From Raphidiopsis brookii D9 (GTDB taxonomy: Bacteria; Cyanobacteriota; Cyanobacteriia; Cyanobacteriales; Nostocaceae), in assembly GCA_000175855.1 (NCBI GenBank), contig ACYB01000035.1, forward strand, positions 210,001 through 242,000: 32,000 bases of DNA. The letters are read 5' to 3'. The notes under the pieces were generated by a model, which was given only the letters and a program-made list of their open reading frames with translations, made no database searches and was not told where the DNA came from. Within the stretch, counting starts at the first letter, position 1; each line of letters starts with the position of its first letter. The position numbers and the translations under genes are program-made. This document shows positions 30,226 to 32,000 of this stretch, one piece after another.

Positions 30226-30828
30226 ATGAAATCAACTAATATTCACTATACAAAACATCTTATATCTCCATATGATCGTTATCTAAAGAATGGTCATAAA
30301 AGCGGGATTCTATGGTTTACTGGACTGTCCGGGGCTGGTAAAACAACATTGGCTTTAAAATTAGAGCAGACTTTGTTCGAGAAAGGATGGTCTACCTTTG
30401 TTTTAGATGGTGATAGTGTTCGTCATGGACTGTGTTCCGATTTAGGATTTTCTGCTAGTGATCGCTCAGAAAATATCCGTCGTTTGGGTGAGGTTGCCAA
30501 ACTCTTTGCGGAGTCAGGATGCCTAGTGATCACTGCCTTCATCTCACCCTACAGGAATGACCGAGAACAGGTGCGTAGACTAGCTGGAGATCTATTTCAT
30601 GAAGTATACATTGCAACTCCACTGGAACTTTGTGAGCAGCGTGATCCGAAAGGTCTTTATCTAAAAGCACGCAGTGGGGAAATAGATGGATTTACGGGAA
30701 TCAGCGCCCCTTATGAACCACCCAATAGCCCAGATTTATGGGTGGAAACATCCGAACTCACCGTCGAGGAAAGCCTAGAACAACTACTCAAATACGTGGA
30801 AAACAAATTCACAATTTTCAAACAATAG
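30226..30828 (+). CDS. cysC: Adenylyl-sulfate kinase
   Basis: 200 aa ORF; WFTGLSGAGKTTLA, LDGDSVRHGLCSDLGFS, RSENIRRLGEVAKL, FISPYRNDRE. Confidence 0.94.
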   Translation: MKSTNIHYTKHLISPYDRYLKNGHKSGILWFTGLSGAGKTTLALKLEQTLFEKGWSTFVLDGDSVRHGLCSDLGFSASDRSENIRRLGEVAKLFAESGCLVITAFISPYRNDREQVRRLAGDLFHEVYIATPLELCEQRDPKGLYLKARSGEIDGFTGISAPYEPPNSPDLWVETSELTVEESLEQLLKYVENKFTIFKQ

Positions 30829-30987
30829 ATTATAGCTGATTTATAAAGAAAATCTAAATAGAACTCAATATGGCTTAACTTAGGTGATAGGCTAGGTCAA
30901 AGATAGATATTTTGCGATCAATACCTTTCTTCATACACGATGGTGTATGGCTACAAACATTGTTAATACATTTGAACTATACAACTC

Positions 30988-32000
30988 GTGAAAAGGCTCA
31001 CTTTATTAATTATAGCGGGGATATTATCTGTTAGTACATTTTTATGTATAATTCCTGTTGCATTAGCAAATATAACTGACTATTATTTGAAGAATGAAAA
31101 GCTTTCTGGGCAATTTAGTGTTCCGGTTAATTTGTCCGTAGGAGTGAGATTTGCCCACAGGAGTAGTTATGCTACTGCTATTAACTTCCCAACTGGTCTT
31201 GATGCTGACTCTGTAGCAGTTGGGGATTTCAATAGCGATAGTAAGCTCGACCTGGCTGTTACAAATTGGTTCGACAATAACGTCTCGGTCTTACTGGGAA
31301 ATGGTAATGGGTCTTTTGGCGCAGCCACTAACTTTCCAGTCGGTACTAATCCCGTCTTTGTAGTGACTGGGGATGTAAATGGCGACAGCAAGCTTGACCT
31401 GGCTGTTGCAAATTTTAGTAGCAATAACGTCTCGGTCTTACTAGGAAATGGTAATGGGTCTTTTGGCGCAGCCACTAACTTTTCAGTTGGTACTAACCCT
31501 TATTCTGTAGCCATTGGAGATGTGAATAACGATAGTGAGCTTGACCTTGCTTTTACAAATTGGTTCGACAATAAGGTCTTGGTTTTACTGGGAAATGGTA
31601 ATGGGTCTTTTGGCGCAGCCAGCAGCTTCCCTGTGGATACTTATTCGATTTCCGTAGCGATTGCGGATTTTAATAGCGACAGTAAGCTCGACCTTGCTAT
31701 TACAAATTGGGTCAGCAATAACGTCTCGGTCTTACTGGGAAATGGTAATGGGTCTTTTGGCGCAGCCACTAACTTTCCAGTCGGTACTAATCCCATATTT
31801 GTAGCAACTGGGGATGTAAATGGCGACAGCAAGCTTGACCTGGCTGTTGCAAATACTAGCAGCAATAACGTCTCGGTCTTACTGGGAAATGGTAATGGGT
31901 CTTTTGGCGCAGCCACTAACTTTCCAGCCGGTACTAATCCCTACTCTGTAGCGATTAGAGATGTGAATGGCGACAGTAAACTTGACCTGGCTGTTACAAA
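30988..32000 (+). CDS. Secreted FG-GAP/VCBS-repeat protein (partial, runs off the right edge)
   Basis: Open frame from GTG 30988: MKRLTLLIIAGILSVSTFLCIIPVALANITD..., then repeats such as SVAVGDFNSDSKLDLAVTNWFDNNVSVLLGNGNGSFGAATNFPVGTNP. Absent from the ORF track, which lists only antisense ORFs here. Confidence 0.85.
   Translation, partial: MKRLTLLIIAGILSVSTFLCIIPVALANITDYYLKNEKLSGQFSVPVNLSVGVRFAHRSSYATAINFPTGLDADSVAVGDFNSDSKLDLAVTNWFDNNVSVLLGNGNGSFGAATNFPVGTNPVFVVTGDVNGDSKLDLAVANFSSNNVSVLLGNGNGSFGAATNFSVGTNPYSVAIGDVNNDSELDLAFTNWFDNKVLVLLGNGNGSFGAASSFPVDTYSISVAIADFNSDSKLDLAITNWVSNNVSVLLGNGNGSFGAATNFPVGTNPIFVATGDVNGDSKLDLAVANTSSNNVSVLLGNGNGSFGAATNFPAGTNPYSVAIRDVNGDSKLDLAVT
31150..32000 (+). 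repeat. In-frame tandem repeat, 147 bp (49 aa) period, about 5.8 units
   Basis: The CGTCTCGGTC landmark or its variant occurs at 31281, 31428, 31575, 31722 and 31869, exactly 147 bp apart. Confidence 0.95.

Noticed and set aside
30226-30828. cysC as part of a cylindrospermopsin (cyr) cluster, since such clusters can encode an adenylylsulfate kinase
   Set aside because: No PKS/NRPS, amidinotransferase or sulfotransferase gene is nearby; ordinary cysC is the simpler call.
31167-31916. Two minus-strand ORFs (102 and 91 aa) with repeated PVGKLVAAPKDPLPFPSKTETLLL
   Set aside because: They are antisense shadows of the plus-strand 147-bp FG-GAP repeat; the repeat keeps several frames open.

Overview
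The window comes from a filamentous, probably heterocyst-forming, cyanobacterial chromosome (apcF, glnA/gifA, an RGSGR peptide gene, several GCGATCGC sites; the composition is compatible with the Cylindrospermopsis/Raphidiopsis clade). It is mostly housekeeping. Minus strand, left edge: VWA + PP2C + kinase (TerY-P-like triad). Then an UgpC/MalK-type ABC ATPase, a GH116 glucosylceramidase-like enzyme, a sterol desaturase-family protein, a small conserved protein, ppc, a DUF1574/SGNH-type protein with an MBOAT acyltransferase, an internally deleted AAA ATPase remnant, cbiMNQO, a P-loop ATPase with a short partner, a cupin, frame-disrupted recQ-like and FAD-oxidoreductase genes, a patX candidate, a methyltransferase, gifA (IF7), glnA, apcF, glmU, cysC and the start of an FG-GAP/VCBS repeat protein. 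Most worthwhile signals: (1) an unlabelled 70-aa ORF with an N-terminal hydrophobic segment and an RGSGR pentapeptide (PatX-like), with TCCGGA 58 bp upstream; (2) gifA and glnA with perfect GTA-N8-TAC NtcA boxes, in repressor-like and activator-like positions respectively; (3) two neighbouring genes, each broken by a one-base frame change near a homopolymer; (4) a four-copy Cys/YGRR-G domain array upstream of an SGNH acyltransferase module; (5) a nested 3 x 147 bp higher-order repeat in the terminal gene; (6) a perfect palindrome between divergent cbiM and the ATPase gene. I see no CRISPR array, tRNA/rRNA or convincing transposon, and no clear wholly new system.
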